Assembly: GCA_950097015.1 (NCBI GenBank)
Contig: CATNEN010000039.1
Span: 9,238,001-9,302,000, forward strand
Length of the DNA: 64,000 nt
Direction: 5' to 3'
Source of the DNA: Macrostomum hystrix
Taxonomy: Eukaryota > Animalia > Platyhelminthes
Shown here one piece after another: positions 63,638 through 64,000 of the stretch; positions within the stretch are counted from its first letter, which is position 1; the number at the start of each line of letters is the position of its first letter. The notes under the pieces are model-generated. The model searched no databases. It was not told where the DNA came from and was given only the letters and a program-made list of their open reading frames with translations. The position numbers were made by a program, and so were the translations under genes.

Positions 63638-64000
63638 GTGAGCGCTGATTGGGAACACGACTGGAAACCATGGGAAGGTTGAGAACTATGAGAAATGACA
63701 AAGAAAAGACAACGGGAGGTCGCTACATATGTCAAATTTTAAACAAAGGACTTATGAATAACATGGCTAACCCTTCCAGTGGGGCGCTTTGTTTGGTTTT
63801 TAACGAAGCCCGTAAAGGCTCGGCAACAAGAGACTTAGGTAGATAGATAGTTGTGGGCACAGCCGCTGCTATTTCTCGTCTCATTTAAAAGGCAGCGTAC
63901 AACTGTTTAGTCCATGGACATCGAGTCGCTTTGACACCATTTTGCCAGAAGTTACTTTAGTAGTTATTGTTTTGCGAATGAATGATGTTTGACGATGCAA

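Overview
Eukaryotic (animal) genomic DNA with GC-rich spliced exons, AT-rich spacers and many tandem repeats. The overall style suggests a free-living flatworm such as Macrostomum, but this is an inference only. Four housekeeping genes lie in tandem on the + strand: Lifeguard/TMBIM (5044-6307), cytosolic thiolase ACAT2 (8443-13892), GOLGA7/ERF4 (15041-16872) and a divergent 7-exon MED25 (18264-51483). Each has a splice acceptor just upstream of its ATG, so they form a candidate SL trans-spliced operon. Most introns contain their own private minisatellite. The last MED25 intron holds a 22.3-kb array of 23/24-bp variant units with kb-scale higher-order duplications, and one thiolase array is built from the 5' splice site itself. 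A TATA-preceded secreted prepropeptide ORF with an in-frame TAG is nested antisense in MED25 intron 3. The right end has a decayed FLYWCH-MULE transposon, a BIR-UBA-RING IAP-like gene, a hAT-type MITE, a PAN/C-type-lectin gene and the first two exons of USP40. Two tRNA-derived SINE families, LINE fragments and MITEs are scattered throughout. All exon models were made by eye from splice signals and remembered family motifs; no database search was run.
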